Made by a program: the position numbers and the translations under genes
Origin: Dehalococcoidia bacterium
Lineage (GTDB): Bacteria > Chloroflexota > Dehalococcoidia > Plut-88900
Reading direction: 5' to 3'
DNA: 64,000 bases
Assembly: GCA_965249275.1 (NCBI GenBank)
Contig: CBDFLQ010000006.1
Span: forward strand, 608,001-672,000
Notes under the pieces: generated by a model
Seen by the model: only the letters and a program-made list of their open reading frames with translations
Databases searched by the model: none
What the model was told of the DNA's origin: nothing
Shown here: positions 21,958 through 32,734 of the stretch, in pieces
Position numbering within the stretch: the first letter of the stretch is position 1
How the letters are laid out: each line of letters starts with the position of its first letter

Positions 21958-22311
21958 ATGAGACACAGGAAATCGGGTCGCAAGTTAGGACGCAAGTCGG
22001 ACCACCGGAAAGCCCTGTACAGGAACCTGGTCACCGACCTGCTGCGCAACGAGCACCTATCAACAACCGAGGCAAAAGCCAAAGAGATCAAGGGCATCGC
22101 CGAGAAGATTATTACCCTCGGCAAGAGGGAAGACCTCCACGCCCGTCGTCAGGCCCTGTCCTACGTGGCCGACAAGAAAGTGGTATCCAAGGTCTTCGAT
22201 GAACTGGGCCCGCGGTTCTCGGAGAGGCCCGGCGGGTACACGCGGATGGTCAAGCTCGGGCCCAGGCTGGGCGACGCAGCGCCAATGGCGCGCCTCGAAC
22301 TGGTCGAGTGA
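21958..22311 (+). CDS. rplQ: 50S ribosomal protein L17
   Basis: [19 protein letters not shown]; start moved to 21958. Confidence 0.98.
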   Translation: MRHRKSGRKLGRKSDHRKALYRNLVTDLLRNEHLSTTEAKAKEIKGIAEKIITLGKREDLHARRQALSYVADKKVVSKVFDELGPRFSERPGGYTRMVKLGPRLGDAAPMARLELVE

Positions 22312-22324
22312 TTACAAACGGTCA

Positions 22325-23167
22325 ATGACACACGCGGAAGCAAACACAACCCAGAGCGGCGATCTCAGAAGGATCGCTTTGCAGCTGGAATATGACGGTA
22401 CTCGCTACCAGGGGTTCCAGTGGCAGCCTTACGCGCCTACCATCCAGTCCGCACTGGAACTCGCCATCGAGAAGACAACCGGCGAAAAGGTCCGGGTCTT
22501 GGGTGCGGGGCGGACCGACTCTGGAGTACACGCTCGGGGCCAGGTAGCCGCATTCCTTATCAGTTCGGTGCTCTCTGCCGAAACTCTGCTACACGCTCTC
22601 AACCATTACCTGGATGACGACATCTCAGTGCACCGGGCCGCCGAGGCGGACTTGGGATTCGATCCCCGGTATGACGCCGTGTCCCGACGCTATCACTACT
22701 CTATTTTGAACAGCCCAACACGCTCACCCCTGCAGCGAGGTCACACGTGCCACGTAAGAGGCAATCTGGACGTAAGCATGATGGATCGGGCAGCTGGGCA
22801 CTTGGTGGGCTCGCACGATTTCGCTTCCTTTTCCAGGGTCCCACAGGTACCTGGCGCCTCGACTACCCGCCAGATGACGGAGGTATCCGTCTCTAGGCAG
22901 GGTAAGTTGGTAATTCTGGAGATGGAGGGCAACGCCTTCCTTACCCATCAGGTTCGACGCACTGCCGGTGCGCTTGTAGAGGTGGGACTAGGCCGCATGA
23001 CCATTAAGGAATTCCGAGACCTGGTAGACAATCCGAAACCCGGGACCGCGGGCCCCACCCTGTCTCCCGCGGGTCTGTGCCTGGAAGCCGTTCGGTACCC
23101 GGCCCACGCTGACCCTTTCTTATCTGAAACTATGTTAAAGGCCGAATTCTCGGCCATGATTATCTAA
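22325..23167 (+). CDS. truA: tRNA pseudouridine(38-40) synthase
   Basis: YDGTRYQGFQ, AGRTDSGVHA, GSHDFASF; start moved to 22325. Confidence 0.97.
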   Translation: MTHAEANTTQSGDLRRIALQLEYDGTRYQGFQWQPYAPTIQSALELAIEKTTGEKVRVLGAGRTDSGVHARGQVAAFLISSVLSAETLLHALNHYLDDDISVHRAAEADLGFDPRYDAVSRRYHYSILNSPTRSPLQRGHTCHVRGNLDVSMMDRAAGHLVGSHDFASFSRVPQVPGASTTRQMTEVSVSRQGKLVILEMEGNAFLTHQVRRTAGALVEVGLGRMTIKEFRDLVDNPKPGTAGPTLSPAGLCLEAVRYPAHADPFLSETMLKAEFSAMII

Positions 23168-23188
23168 CAGCAAAGCGATACTGAGAAA

Positions 23189-23971
23189 ATGGCAACACTT
23201 ACGAAGAATATAACGGCGACGGCAACGGCAAACGACCTTCGGCCCCGATGGCACGTCCTGGACGCCCAGGGGCAAGTCCTGGGTCGGCTGTCCGTGCAGG
23301 TAGCCCACCTGCTAAAGGGCAAACACAAGCCCAACTACTCTCCCCACATGCTCACCGGCGATTTCGTGATAGTGATCAACGCCGGCAAGGTGCGGGTCAC
23401 GGGGCGCAAGGCCGAGCAAAAGGTCTACTACAGCCATTCCCAATACCCCGGCGGGCTCAAGGAAGTGCCCTACGAAAGTATGATGGCCAAGCACCCGACC
23501 CGGGTAGTGGAACACGCCGTGAAAGGCATGCTCCCCCACAACCGGCTGGGCCGACAGATGTTTAGACGTCTGAAGGTCTATGAGGGCGCCGAACATCCCC
23601 ACGAGTCCCAGGTGGCCGACAGCCTAAATGCCCTGGAGAAAGATCGCGAAGAGGGCGTCGTTTGGCTTGGACTGCCCAAACCGCAGTACAAGAAACGGAT
23701 TCGCAAGGCAAAGGAATCCTCCGAAGCTCCGGCCCCGGCCACCGAAGAAGCCCCGGCGGACGCCGTGACACCCGAGGAGCCGACCGCCGAGGCAGAACCT
23801 GTAACGAGCGACGCCGAGCCGGTCGTAGAGGCAGAGGACTCGGTGGAAGAAGCCGAGCCCGCTGCAGAGATGGCGGCCGAGGTAGTCGACTCTGAACCAG
23901 TCGCCGAGGTAGAGGCGGCAGAAGCCTCGGAGACCGAGCCCACAGAAGAAGATAAGGAGCGGGGCGCTTAG
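23189..23971 (+). CDS. rplM: 50S ribosomal protein L13 with long acidic C-terminal extension
   Basis: WHVLDA, LGRL, GKHKP, AVKGMLP; about 110 extra residues rich in E/A/P. Confidence 0.98.
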   Translation: MATLTKNITATATANDLRPRWHVLDAQGQVLGRLSVQVAHLLKGKHKPNYSPHMLTGDFVIVINAGKVRVTGRKAEQKVYYSHSQYPGGLKEVPYESMMAKHPTRVVEHAVKGMLPHNRLGRQMFRRLKVYEGAEHPHESQVADSLNALEKDREEGVVWLGLPKPQYKKRIRKAKESSEAPAPATEEAPADAVTPEEPTAEAEPVTSDAEPVVEAEDSVEEAEPAAEMAAEVVDSEPVAEVEAAEASETEPTEEDKERGA

Positions 23972-23987
23972 CCCCCGGGAGAGGCCG

Positions 23988-24383
23988 TTGACAGAGCAAA
24001 GATATTTTTACGCCATTGGCAAACGCAAAGAGGCCGTGGCCCGGATCAGGTTGTTCCCCGGCAACGGTGCAATAATCGTCAATGGCAAGCCCATGAACGA
24101 ATTGTTCACTCTCCGGACGCTCCAGCAGGTCATTCATGAGCCGTTCGCAACCACCGGCCTCACCAACAATTACAGCGTTTCGGTCAAGGTCGCCGGTGGT
24201 GGGATAGCGGGACAAGCCCATGCTATCAGGCACGGCATATCCCGCGCCCTCCTGGTCGCCAACGAAGAACTGAGGCCCGTGCTCCGCAAGGCCGGCCTCC
24301 TGACTCGGGACGCCCGCGTTAAGGAACGGAAAAAGTACGGCCTGAAGAGAGCCCGAAAGGCGCCTCAGTACACGAAGCGGTAA
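23988..24383 (+). CDS. rpsI: 30S ribosomal protein S9
   Basis: GGGIAGQA, LTRDARVKERKKYG. Confidence 0.99.
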   Translation: MTEQRYFYAIGKRKEAVARIRLFPGNGAIIVNGKPMNELFTLRTLQQVIHEPFATTGLTNNYSVSVKVAGGGIAGQAHAIRHGISRALLVANEELRPVLRKAGLLTRDARVKERKKYGLKRARKAPQYTKR

Positions 24384-24405
24384 CGAACAAAGAGCCCAAA
24401 GAAGA

Positions 24406-24443
24406 AGGACGGCCCGACGCATGCGTCGGGCCGTCCTCTTTTT
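24406..24443 (+). terminator. Intrinsic terminator ending the ribosomal superoperon, possibly bidirectional
   Basis: Perfect palindrome AGGACGGCCCGACGC-AT-GCGTCGGGCCGTCCT followed by CTTTTT, between convergent genes. Confidence 0.85.
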
Positions 24444-24485
24444 ATCAAGTGGAGCCGTTAGCGAGGATGAGTTCCTCGGGTAGGT

Positions 24486-24896
24486 TTAGCGGAAGTTGTT
24501 CTTGAGGGCCTCCAGGGCCGCAACGCAACAGGCGACGTCCTGTTCATTCGAAGCGCCTGCAGCGGCTATTCCACCCACGATCTCTCCGCCAATCTCGATG
24601 GGCATTTCTCCGTCAGCGGGGACTATCTTGCCCTGGGTAGAGATAACCATGCTCTGAAACCAGGGCCTGCCTACCATTGTCATTATCTTAGCTCCTTCCG
24701 CCCCGAACATGACCGCCGTATAGGCCATGTTTATCGCTTCGTCGGCGGACAGGGGCAGGGCGCCGTCCATCCTGGAGACAGTTAGGGTGTATCCCCCATT
24801 ATCTACTACGGCTACACTCACAGAGCAGCCTATTGCAACGGCCTTGGCCTTGGCGGCATCTGCCATCTTCTCGGCTACATCAAGGGATAGCGGCAT
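24486..24896 (-). CDS. GlcG/HbpS family heme-binding protein
   Basis: VAVVDNGG, RMDGA, PIEIGGEIVGGIAAAG. Confidence 0.85.
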   Translation of the reverse strand: MPLSLDVAEKMADAAKAKAVAIGCSVSVAVVDNGGYTLTVSRMDGALPLSADEAINMAYTAVMFGAEGAKIMTMVGRPWFQSMVISTQGKIVPADGEMPIEIGGEIVGGIAAAGASNEQDVACCVAALEALKNNFR

Positions 24897-24970
24897 ATAT
24901 CATCCCTCCTCTAAGTTTCCTGTAAGGATATCAGGACACGGGGCTGCTATGTTGTAGCGACTTGGTGTAT

Positions 24971-26164
24971 TTATCCTCGGGGCAGTCCCAGGCCTCTACG
25001 GGCAATGATCCCCCGCTGTATCTCCGAGGTTCCACCCGCTATGGTCTGCGATATCGAAAGCAAATAGTCCCTTTGGAACCGACCTTTGAACACTTCCCAC
25101 GCCGACCCGGGGCCCAGTTGACCGTGGAGGCCGAGCACCCACAATATGGTATTGGCAAGCTTCTGGGCGCTCTCGGTGAGGATTAACTTGCACATTGAGG
25201 CCTCGGCGTTGGGCACGAGGCCCTGGCCCTGCATCGAAGCCACCCGGTAGGCCATCCATCGCCCCACCTCAATGTTTATGGCCGCGTCTGCCAGCCTGTT
25301 CCTGACGGACTCATCCGCATTCAAGGCCGGCCTTCGAGACCCGGACCTGCCCAGGTGAGCGGCTATTTCGTCCAGGTGACGCCTCTGGATGGCGGCATCT
25401 CTTATGTGCGATCTTTCGAAATCCAGGGCCACGGCAACGTAGTACCAACCCATGTTCTCTTCCCCCACCAGGTTGGCCTTCGGCACGCGGACGTTTTCGA
25501 AGAATATCTCGTTGAAGTGATGAGAATTGGCCATATTCACGATTGGGTCGATAGTGACACCCGGCGTCCTTAGGTCCACCAGTACCAGGCTTATCCCCTT
25601 GTGCTTGGGCGCCGAGGGATCCGTGCGAACGGCGAGCCAGCACCAGTCCATCGCGTGGCCGCCGCTGTTCCACGTCTTTTGCCCATTGACCACGTAGTGG
25701 TCGCCATCAGAGAGGGCCTCCGTCTGCAGAGAGGCGAGGTCGGATCCCGAGTCAGGCTCGCTGTATCCCGTGCACCAGAACCTCTCCCCTGCGCCTATGT
25801 AGGGGATTTGCTCCTTCTTCTGCTCCTCGGTGCCGTAGATCATGAGCGTGGGCCCGACCCAACCTATCCCCCCGACTCCCATGTCCAGGGTGGCAGGAGG
25901 GACCATGTTGTAGGCCATCTCTTCCTGGTAGACGACCTGCTCCATCATCGGGCGGTCCTGGCCACCGTATTCCTTGGGCCAGGCCAGGGTCAACCAACCC
26001 TTGTTAGCCAGGGTCTTGGCCATGCGTCGGGTGAACTCCAGGCCTTCGCCCTCGTACTCGTCGCCTTCCTCCAGCCCCTCCCAGTCGTCGGGCAGTTCCT
26101 GTTTAAGGAAACCTCTTATCTGCTGGCGGAACGCCTCTTCTTTTTGCGTGAAGGCTAACTGCAT
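24971..26164 (-). CDS. Acyl-CoA dehydrogenase family protein
   Basis: WPKEYGG, GYSEPDSGSDLASL, NGQKTW, IAGGTSEIQR. Confidence 0.95.
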   Translation of the reverse strand: MQLAFTQKEEAFRQQIRGFLKQELPDDWEGLEEGDEYEGEGLEFTRRMAKTLANKGWLTLAWPKEYGGQDRPMMEQVVYQEEMAYNMVPPATLDMGVGGIGWVGPTLMIYGTEEQKKEQIPYIGAGERFWCTGYSEPDSGSDLASLQTEALSDGDHYVVNGQKTWNSGGHAMDWCWLAVRTDPSAPKHKGISLVLVDLRTPGVTIDPIVNMANSHHFNEIFFENVRVPKANLVGEENMGWYYVAVALDFERSHIRDAAIQRRHLDEIAAHLGRSGSRRPALNADESVRNRLADAAINIEVGRWMAYRVASMQGQGLVPNAEASMCKLILTESAQKLANTILWVLGLHGQLGPGSAWEVFKGRFQRDYLLSISQTIAGGTSEIQRGIIARRGLGLPRG

Positions 26165-26198
26165 GGCTCCTCCGTCCGGGTCTACACGGTGTTAACTG

Positions 26199-27254
26199 CT
26201 AGCTTTCCTCAATCATTGCTTTCAGGGCGTTAATGCGGGGGACGGGGGACGGGTCGGCCCCGTAAAGCAAGCCCAGGTAGTAACTAGCGTAGTCTCCCAA
26301 CACCGTCAGGCTCATTATTTGCGCCAAGACTGACTCTCCCTCCGCCTCGACAACACTCTGCCCGACCCCGCTCCTTCTCAGAAGCTCGACAATGCCGTCA
26401 TAGGTGGACTGGAGGCGCTCATCCACGGCATTAGCGCCCAAGAGGACAACGTGGGTCTGATCAGAGACATTGCCGGGCCTTTCCAGACCCTCAACCGCAT
26501 TGTGGCCCGCCTCCGGCAGTATTTCGTAGAATGCCCAAGACTTGCCGTTTTCGTTGAGTTGGGTCTTCCATCGCCGGGCTACGCAGCTGAATATATCACC
26601 GGCGTAGACCACAATCAAATTCTCCATCAACTGCCAGGCCAGCGTCTTGGCGAGGTTATCCTCTGTCGGGGTGGACTCTGAATACTGCTCCGAAAGCCGT
26701 TCGATCAGCTCAATGGTCTCCTCCACATCCGACTCAAGGTTTTCGACCAACTCAAGCCTGTTCATGCAGGACAGGAGTGTGAAGAGGCAATAGCCAAGCG
26801 CAGCGCGAGGCTCGGAAACTATGTCAATGGCGTAGACCGGTATCCCGTTCTCCGCTGCCGTCTCCTCCATTCGACCTCCCCCCGTCACGGCCACCTTACA
26901 CCCCGACAACCCAAGATCGAAGGCGGAGAGTGTCTCCTCGGTGTTGCCTGAGTAGCTTGACCCGATGACAAGGGTCTCATCGTCGAGCGGACTGGGATAC
27001 TCGAAGCCGCGAAACACCTCCACCGGAGGGCCGCCTGCCTGCAAGACTACCGTCTGAAGATAGTCGGCCGCTATGGCCGAACCACCCATGCCGAAATGCA
27101 CTACGCGGTCCACGTGTCTGTAGCTCTCTGGCATGTCCGGCACAGGTACGGTGTTCCATCCCTTGCGGCACTGCTCGGCCATCGTCCGTAACCGGATCCG
27201 CAGCCTTGATTGGTCAAGGACGTCGTAGATTCCGTGGTCGTCCAGGTCTATCAT
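26199..27254 (-). CDS. Bifunctional phosphoglucose/phosphomannose isomerase (SIS)
   Basis: GMGGSAI, SYSGNTEET, RRWKTQLNEN, PEAGHN. Confidence 0.92.
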   Translation of the reverse strand: MIDLDDHGIYDVLDQSRLRIRLRTMAEQCRKGWNTVPVPDMPESYRHVDRVVHFGMGGSAIAADYLQTVVLQAGGPPVEVFRGFEYPSPLDDETLVIGSSYSGNTEETLSAFDLGLSGCKVAVTGGGRMEETAAENGIPVYAIDIVSEPRAALGYCLFTLLSCMNRLELVENLESDVEETIELIERLSEQYSESTPTEDNLAKTLAWQLMENLIVVYAGDIFSCVARRWKTQLNENGKSWAFYEILPEAGHNAVEGLERPGNVSDQTHVVLLGANAVDERLQSTYDGIVELLRRSGVGQSVVEAEGESVLAQIMSLTVLGDYASYYLGLLYGADPSPVPRINALKAMIEES

Positions 27255-27256
27255 CG

Positions 27257-28684
27257 TTATGCGGAGGCCAGGGCTCGACCGGCGTTCAGAAGTCGGTCAA
27301 CGCCCTCCATGCTCCTGCTTTCGGCGTAGATTCTCATTAGGGGCTCGGTGCCCGAGAAACGGAACAGGAGCCAGCTCCCATCCTCGAACTCGAAGCGGGA
27401 CCCGTCCGTCCTGTCCAGCCGGGACACGGGCATTCCGGCTATGGAGTCGGGCTGTGCATTTGCTATCCGCTCCCTGGCCTGCTCTTTGGCAGCTCCCGAG
27501 ATAGGCGTGTCGACGCGGTCATAATGGTGCGGCCCGACAAGATCATAAAGGTCACCAATTAGCTGTGATACCGTCCTGCCGGTCTGGGCCAGGAGGTCCA
27601 GTATGTAGAGGGAGGCCAAGATCCCGTCCCGCTCCGGGACGTGGCCCCGGAAACCGAAACCCCCGCTTTCCTCTCCCCCGATAAGGGCGTCTTCCGCCAT
27701 CATCTTCGGCCCGATGTGCTTGAAGCCGACTGCGGTCTCGTGGACGGGTACGCCATACCGTTCTCCCAGCCGGTCTATCATCCTGGTTGTGGTGATGGAC
27801 TTGATCATCGGGCCCCTCTCCCCCCGCACTTCCAAAAGATAGTAGGCAAGCAGACCGAAAATCTGGAGAGGAGTGAGGATGTTCCCGTGCTCGTCGGCGA
27901 CGCCGACCCTGTCGGCATCCCCGTCGGTGGCGAGGCCCACGTCGGCGCCGGTCTTTCTGACCTGGACCTTCAGTTTGGCGAGGTTACGGGCTATAGGCTC
28001 CGGCTGCCCGAGCCCCGGGAACAGGGGGTTGCGGGTCCGGTGTATCTCACTCACCTTCGCAGAGCCCTCGTCAACAATTCGCTTTACGTAGCCGATGCCC
28101 GCCCCGTACATCGAATCCACGGCCACCCCCAGCCCCGACTCCCTGATCCTATCCAGATCGACCAGTGTTGCGACTTGGCGCTCGTATGCGGGCACCAGGT
28201 CCACTGTCTTGATGAGGCAATCAGCGTTCGTGTCTTCTGCGTTGGGCTTGGGCACACCGCCGCGCTCTTGAATATCGGCGATTATGGATTCCAGCGTAGC
28301 GGTTATCTCAGGAGTGGCGCTTCCCGCGTACTCAGGCTTGAACTTGAAGCCGTTCCATTCCGCGGGATTGTGGCTGGCCGTAATGACAACCGCCCCCGCC
28401 GCTCCCCTGTTCATGACTGCGTAGCTGGCGACGGGGGTCGGGACGGGAGAGATGCTGAGATAGGCTCGGATGCCGTTGGCCGCAAGGACTCCTGCCACGT
28501 CGTAGGCGAAGCGCTCGGAGAGGAAGCGGGTATCGTACCCGACCACCACCCCCCGCCCCCCGAGTCCCCTGCCCATAACGTATTCGGCAACGGCTTGCGC
28601 GCATATGCGGACATTGGAAAAGGTGAAGTCGTCGGCGATGAGGCCACGCCAACCGTCGGTCCCAAATTTAATCTCGCCCGGCAT
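27257..28684 (-). CDS. Phosphoglucomutase/phosphomannomutase
   Basis: FGTDGWRG, TASHNP, DGDADR, GGEESGG, RFSGTEP. Confidence 0.95.
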   Translation of the reverse strand: MPGEIKFGTDGWRGLIADDFTFSNVRICAQAVAEYVMGRGLGGRGVVVGYDTRFLSERFAYDVAGVLAANGIRAYLSISPVPTPVASYAVMNRGAAGAVVITASHNPAEWNGFKFKPEYAGSATPEITATLESIIADIQERGGVPKPNAEDTNADCLIKTVDLVPAYERQVATLVDLDRIRESGLGVAVDSMYGAGIGYVKRIVDEGSAKVSEIHRTRNPLFPGLGQPEPIARNLAKLKVQVRKTGADVGLATDGDADRVGVADEHGNILTPLQIFGLLAYYLLEVRGERGPMIKSITTTRMIDRLGERYGVPVHETAVGFKHIGPKMMAEDALIGGEESGGFGFRGHVPERDGILASLYILDLLAQTGRTVSQLIGDLYDLVGPHHYDRVDTPISGAAKEQARERIANAQPDSIAGMPVSRLDRTDGSRFEFEDGSWLLFRFSGTEPLMRIYAESRSMEGVDRLLNAGRALASA

Positions 28685-28739
28685 CTACCAGATTGTACCG
28701 CAGCAGGATGCTGCCGGACGATTCGAGGGGGTATGTCTG

Positions 28740-29981
28740 CTAACCGGCTTGTACCTGGCCCCGTGTCCCGGCATCGGTCATCAGAGCCTCGGCCTTGTCG
28801 GTGTGCTCCCAGGGCAGATCCAAGTCTAAACGCCCGAAGTGGCCGTAGGCGGCAGTGGGTCGGTAGATGGGACGCCGAAGGTCCAGCATCTCGATAATGG
28901 CCGCTGGCCTGAGATCGAAGTGCTTTTTGGTGAGATCCATGATCAAGTCATCGGGGACTTTGCCCGTGCCAAAGGTCTCGACGGCTACGGAAATGGGGTG
29001 GGCCACGCCAATGGCGTAGGAAAGTTGCACTTCCAGCCTGTCCGCGAGTCCCGCGGCTACCAGGTTCTTGGCAACGTAGCGGGCCGCATAGCTGGCGGAG
29101 CGGTCTACCTTGGTCGGGTCCTTGCCTGAGAAGGCGCCGCCACCGTGTCGGGCCACACCGCCATAGGTGTCGACGATAATCTTCCGTCCTGTGAGCCCCG
29201 CGTCCCCCATCGGGCCACCGACTACGAAGCGCCCCGTGGGATTCACATGGTATTTCGTATTAGCGTCCAGCAGGTCGGCCGGTATGACTTTCATAACGAC
29301 GTTTTCAATAAGGTCACTCTCAATTTGTGAGTGAGTTGCATTGGGGTCATGCTGGGAGCTGAGGACAACCGTGTCGACCCTTACCGGTACGCCATACCGA
29401 TATTCGACGGTCACCTGAGACTTTCCGTCGGGGCGGAGGTAGGGGAGGGTGCCATCCTTGCGGATTGCGGCCATTTGGCGGCAGAGCTTGTGCGCCAGGG
29501 AGATGGTCATGGGCATCAGCTCTGGGGTGTCGTTGCAGGCGAAGCCGATCATCATACCCTGGTCCCCGGCGCCGATGAGGTCGAAGTTGTGGCTCTCCTG
29601 GATCGGGAGCTCCTGCTCCTTGGCCTCCAGCGAGCGGTTGACGCCCAGGGCAATATCGCCGGACTGCTCCTTTATGGATACGATCACGCCACAGGTCTCG
29701 TAGTCGAAGCCGTACTTGGCCCGGGTGTAGCCCGCGTCACGAATCACGTCCCGGGCGATAGCGGGAATGTCAACATAGGAATTGGTGGTGATCTCTCCGG
29801 CGATCAGTACGAGGCCGGTGGTAGTTGCGGTCTCGCATGCCACGCGCCCCTGGGGGTCTTGGGCCAGGATCGCATCCAGGACTCCGTCGGAAATCTGGTC
29901 GCACAGCTTGTCGGGGTGGCCTTCGGTGACTGACTCCGAGGTGAGCATGTAGGACTCGGAAGTCATCAGGGTTGTGCTCAA
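28740..29981 (-). CDS. metK: S-adenosylmethionine synthetase
   Basis: [26 protein letters not shown]. Confidence 0.99.
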   Translation of the reverse strand: MSTTLMTSESYMLTSESVTEGHPDKLCDQISDGVLDAILAQDPQGRVACETATTTGLVLIAGEITTNSYVDIPAIARDVIRDAGYTRAKYGFDYETCGVIVSIKEQSGDIALGVNRSLEAKEQELPIQESHNFDLIGAGDQGMMIGFACNDTPELMPMTISLAHKLCRQMAAIRKDGTLPYLRPDGKSQVTVEYRYGVPVRVDTVVLSSQHDPNATHSQIESDLIENVVMKVIPADLLDANTKYHVNPTGRFVVGGPMGDAGLTGRKIIVDTYGGVARHGGGAFSGKDPTKVDRSASYAARYVAKNLVAAGLADRLEVQLSYAIGVAHPISVAVETFGTGKVPDDLIMDLTKKHFDLRPAAIIEMLDLRRPIYRPTAAYGHFGRLDLDLPWEHTDKAEALMTDAGTRGQVQAG

Positions 29982-30027
29982 TATATTCTCCTTAGCTCTT
30001 TAATGTGATTGCGTGATCAGGAGACGA

Positions 30028-31293
30028 TCAAGTCCCCGACTCCCAACTGTTGGCGTACTTCACCTGTTCCTCGGTCAACTCGTCAATCTGGATGCCCATG
30101 GATAGGAGTTTAAGACGCCCGACCTGCTGGTCGATCTCCCGTGGCACGGGGTGGACTCCCGGCCCGAGGCTCCCAGCCGACTTGACCATGTATTCCGCGC
30201 AAAGGGCCTGGTTGGCAAAGCTCATGTCCATAACACTAGCCGGGTGTCCCTCTGCAGCGGCGAGGTTTATCAACCTGCCCTCGGCGAGAAGGTTGATCCG
30301 TCGGCCGTCGGCGAAGGTGTACTCCCGGACCACGCCTCTGATATCACGCTGACCTACGGACATCTCCTCAAGGGCTTCCACGTTTATCTCAACGTTGAAG
30401 TGGCCGCTGTTGGCAACCAGGGCTCCGTCCTTAATCACGGCCAAGTGGTGCGTGTCGATGGCCCGGTAGCCGCCCGTAACGGTTACGAAGATGTCCCCTA
30501 TCTTCGCCGCATCCATCATGGGCATGACTTGGTAGCCGTCCATCACGGCCTCCAAGGCCTTGATGGGGTCCACCTCCGCCACCACGACCCGGGACCCGAG
30601 TCCTCGGGCCCGGCTGGCTATTCCCCGGCCGCACCATCCGTAGCCGCATACAACCAGGGTCTTGCCGGCGAAAAGGACGTTGGTAGCCCGGATAATCCCG
30701 TCCAGGGTACTCTGGCCGGTGCCATAACGGTTGTCGAACATATGCTTGGTGTCGGCTTCGTTGACGCTGATGACGGGGTAGAGCAGCTTGCCGTCGGAGG
30801 CCATGCTCCTGAGGCGGATAACTCCGGTGGTAGTCTCCTCCATCCCGCCGACCATGCCATCTAACAATTCGGTCCTGTCACGGTGCACGGTTGCAACAAG
30901 GTCGGCGCCATCGTCGAGGGTCATGTGGGGTTTGAGGTCGAGGGCGGAATTTAGGTGGTTGTAATACAGGTCCTCGTCCTCACCCCGGACGGCGAAGACA
31001 GGTATGCCATGATTGACGACCAAAGAAGCAGCGACGTCGTCCTGCGTGCTCAGGGGGTTGCTGGCGCAAAGGGCGACCTGCGCTCCCCCCTCCTTGAGAG
31101 TCAGAATCAGGTTGGAGGTCTCCGTGGTGACGTGAAGACAGGCCGCAATCCGCATGCCTTCCAGGGGTTTCTCCTTGGAAAAGCGCTCCTGGATACTGCG
31201 CAGGACCGGCATCTCCCGGGCCGCCCAGTCCATGCGGTCCTGGCCCTCGACGGCGCGGCCCGCGTCTTTGATGTCAGATGCTATTGTTGCCAT
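30028..31293 (-). CDS. ahcY: Adenosylhomocysteinase
   Basis: [40 protein letters not shown]. Confidence 0.98.
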   Translation of the reverse strand: MATIASDIKDAGRAVEGQDRMDWAAREMPVLRSIQERFSKEKPLEGMRIAACLHVTTETSNLILTLKEGGAQVALCASNPLSTQDDVAASLVVNHGIPVFAVRGEDEDLYYNHLNSALDLKPHMTLDDGADLVATVHRDRTELLDGMVGGMEETTTGVIRLRSMASDGKLLYPVISVNEADTKHMFDNRYGTGQSTLDGIIRATNVLFAGKTLVVCGYGWCGRGIASRARGLGSRVVVAEVDPIKALEAVMDGYQVMPMMDAAKIGDIFVTVTGGYRAIDTHHLAVIKDGALVANSGHFNVEINVEALEEMSVGQRDIRGVVREYTFADGRRINLLAEGRLINLAAAEGHPASVMDMSFANQALCAEYMVKSAGSLGPGVHPVPREIDQQVGRLKLLSMGIQIDELTEEQVKYANSWESGT

Positions 31294-31395
31294 GGGGCGT
31301 TAAGGCTCTCTTTCTGAAGTTGCTGGAAGTAAGGTGCGGGAGTCGGGCGCAAAGGAGGCGCGCTAACGCCGAATGGCGAGGAGGAAGCGAGCCTC

Positions 31396-31743
31396 TTATT
31401 CGATCGGGTAACCGTCATCCGCCCAGGCTCCGGTCCCGCCTTCTATATTGTACAGATTCATATATTCGAAAGCGGCGGCCATCTCGCAAGCCAGGGCGCT
31501 GCGTACTCCCATGGCGCAAATGAATAGAAGTTTCTTGTCCTTGTCCAACTCGTCCATCCTGGTAAACAGGTCATCGACTGGAATAAGAGTTGCGCCGGGC
31601 ACATGCCCCGCGTCCCACTCGTCCTGGTTCCGCACGTCTATGAGTTGGACGTTGCCGTCAGCTAACATTTCACTGGCAGCTTTGGGGGTGATCCTGGTAA
31701 AGGGCTCGCCCTCTTCCTGCCAAACGTCTTGTCCCGAAGCCAT
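31396..31743 (-). CDS. Single-domain rhodanese
   Basis: LIDVR..EW..GHVPGA, active loop CAMGVRS. Confidence 0.9.
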   Translation of the reverse strand: MASGQDVWQEEGEPFTRITPKAASEMLADGNVQLIDVRNQDEWDAGHVPGATLIPVDDLFTRMDELDKDKKLLFICAMGVRSALACEMAAAFEYMNLYNIEGGTGAWADDGYPIE

Positions 31744-31853
31744 TTCGCCCTCCCGGCTTCAACTATCCGACCCCGCAATACCGGGGCCCGTGGTTCGATC
31801 TAACAGTTTAACGCCTGAGGGGTGCAAAGGCCAGAAACAGACACTCTTCGGAC

Positions 31854-32714
31854 TCACAAATACTTCCCTATCAAGGGCTCGAGGTCCGACTTCACCTGTT
31901 CGGGTATCGCTTCCCGGGCGGTTATGATTGCGTTTTGCAAGGCGCTGGGGCACACACACTGCTCCCGACCCGGCACGTCCGACATGAGCCGCCTGACTAT
32001 CTCTTGCCCAGCCGCCACATTCTTCAATAGGTTGGATACAACGAGTTCGACCGACACCGAGTCATGGTCCGGGTGCCAGGTGTCGAAGTCAGTGACGCAG
32101 GCGAGAGTTGCGTAGCATATCTCGGCCTCCCGGGCCAGCTTGGCTTCCGGCAGAGCGGTCATCCCGATAATCGACGCACCCCACGACCGGTACAGTTCAC
32201 TCTCCGCTCGCGTCGAGAAGAGAGGCCCTTCCATGACTATCAAGCTCCCACCCATGTGGGCCCGTGCCGCGGTCTCTTTAGCTACACCATAAAGCGCGCT
32301 GCTCAGGCTCGGACAGAAGGGGTTGGAGAAGGCCACGTGGGCCACTATCCCCCCACCGAAGAAGCTGTTAACACGGCTCTTGGTCCTGTCGATAATCTGG
32401 TCGGGGATCACCATGTCCAGGGGATGAAGTTCCTCTTTCAAACTCCCAACCGCGCTCACCGAGACGATATGGGTCACTCCCAGGGTCTTCAGTGCAAATA
32501 TGTTGGCTCGGGCCGGTATCTCCGTGGGGCTGATGCGGTGTCCCTTGCCGTGCCGAGGTAAAAACGCCACCGGACGCCCTTCCAGCGTCCCGACGGTTAT
32601 CGCATCGCTGGGATTGCCGAACGGAGTCTCGACGTTGACCTCTTCTCTATCGAGAAGGGCCTCCATATCGTAGAGCCCGCTGCCTCCGATGATCCCTATA
32701 GATGCTTCAGTCAT
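31854..32714 (-). CDS. mtnP: S-methyl-5'-thioadenosine phosphorylase
   Basis: IGIIGGSGLY, RHG..H, MEGPLFSTRAES, VTDFD. Confidence 0.95.
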   Translation of the reverse strand: MTEASIGIIGGSGLYDMEALLDREEVNVETPFGNPSDAITVGTLEGRPVAFLPRHGKGHRISPTEIPARANIFALKTLGVTHIVSVSAVGSLKEELHPLDMVIPDQIIDRTKSRVNSFFGGGIVAHVAFSNPFCPSLSSALYGVAKETAARAHMGGSLIVMEGPLFSTRAESELYRSWGASIIGMTALPEAKLAREAEICYATLACVTDFDTWHPDHDSVSVELVVSNLLKNVAAGQEIVRRLMSDVPGREQCVCPSALQNAIITAREAIPEQVKSDLEPLIGKYL

Positions 32715-32734
32715 ATTGAATTTCTATTGAATGC

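Noticed and set aside
31294-31395. Possible SAH or SAM riboswitch upstream of ahcY
   Set aside because: GC-rich, but the conserved SAH/SAM core motifs could not be found on the minus strand
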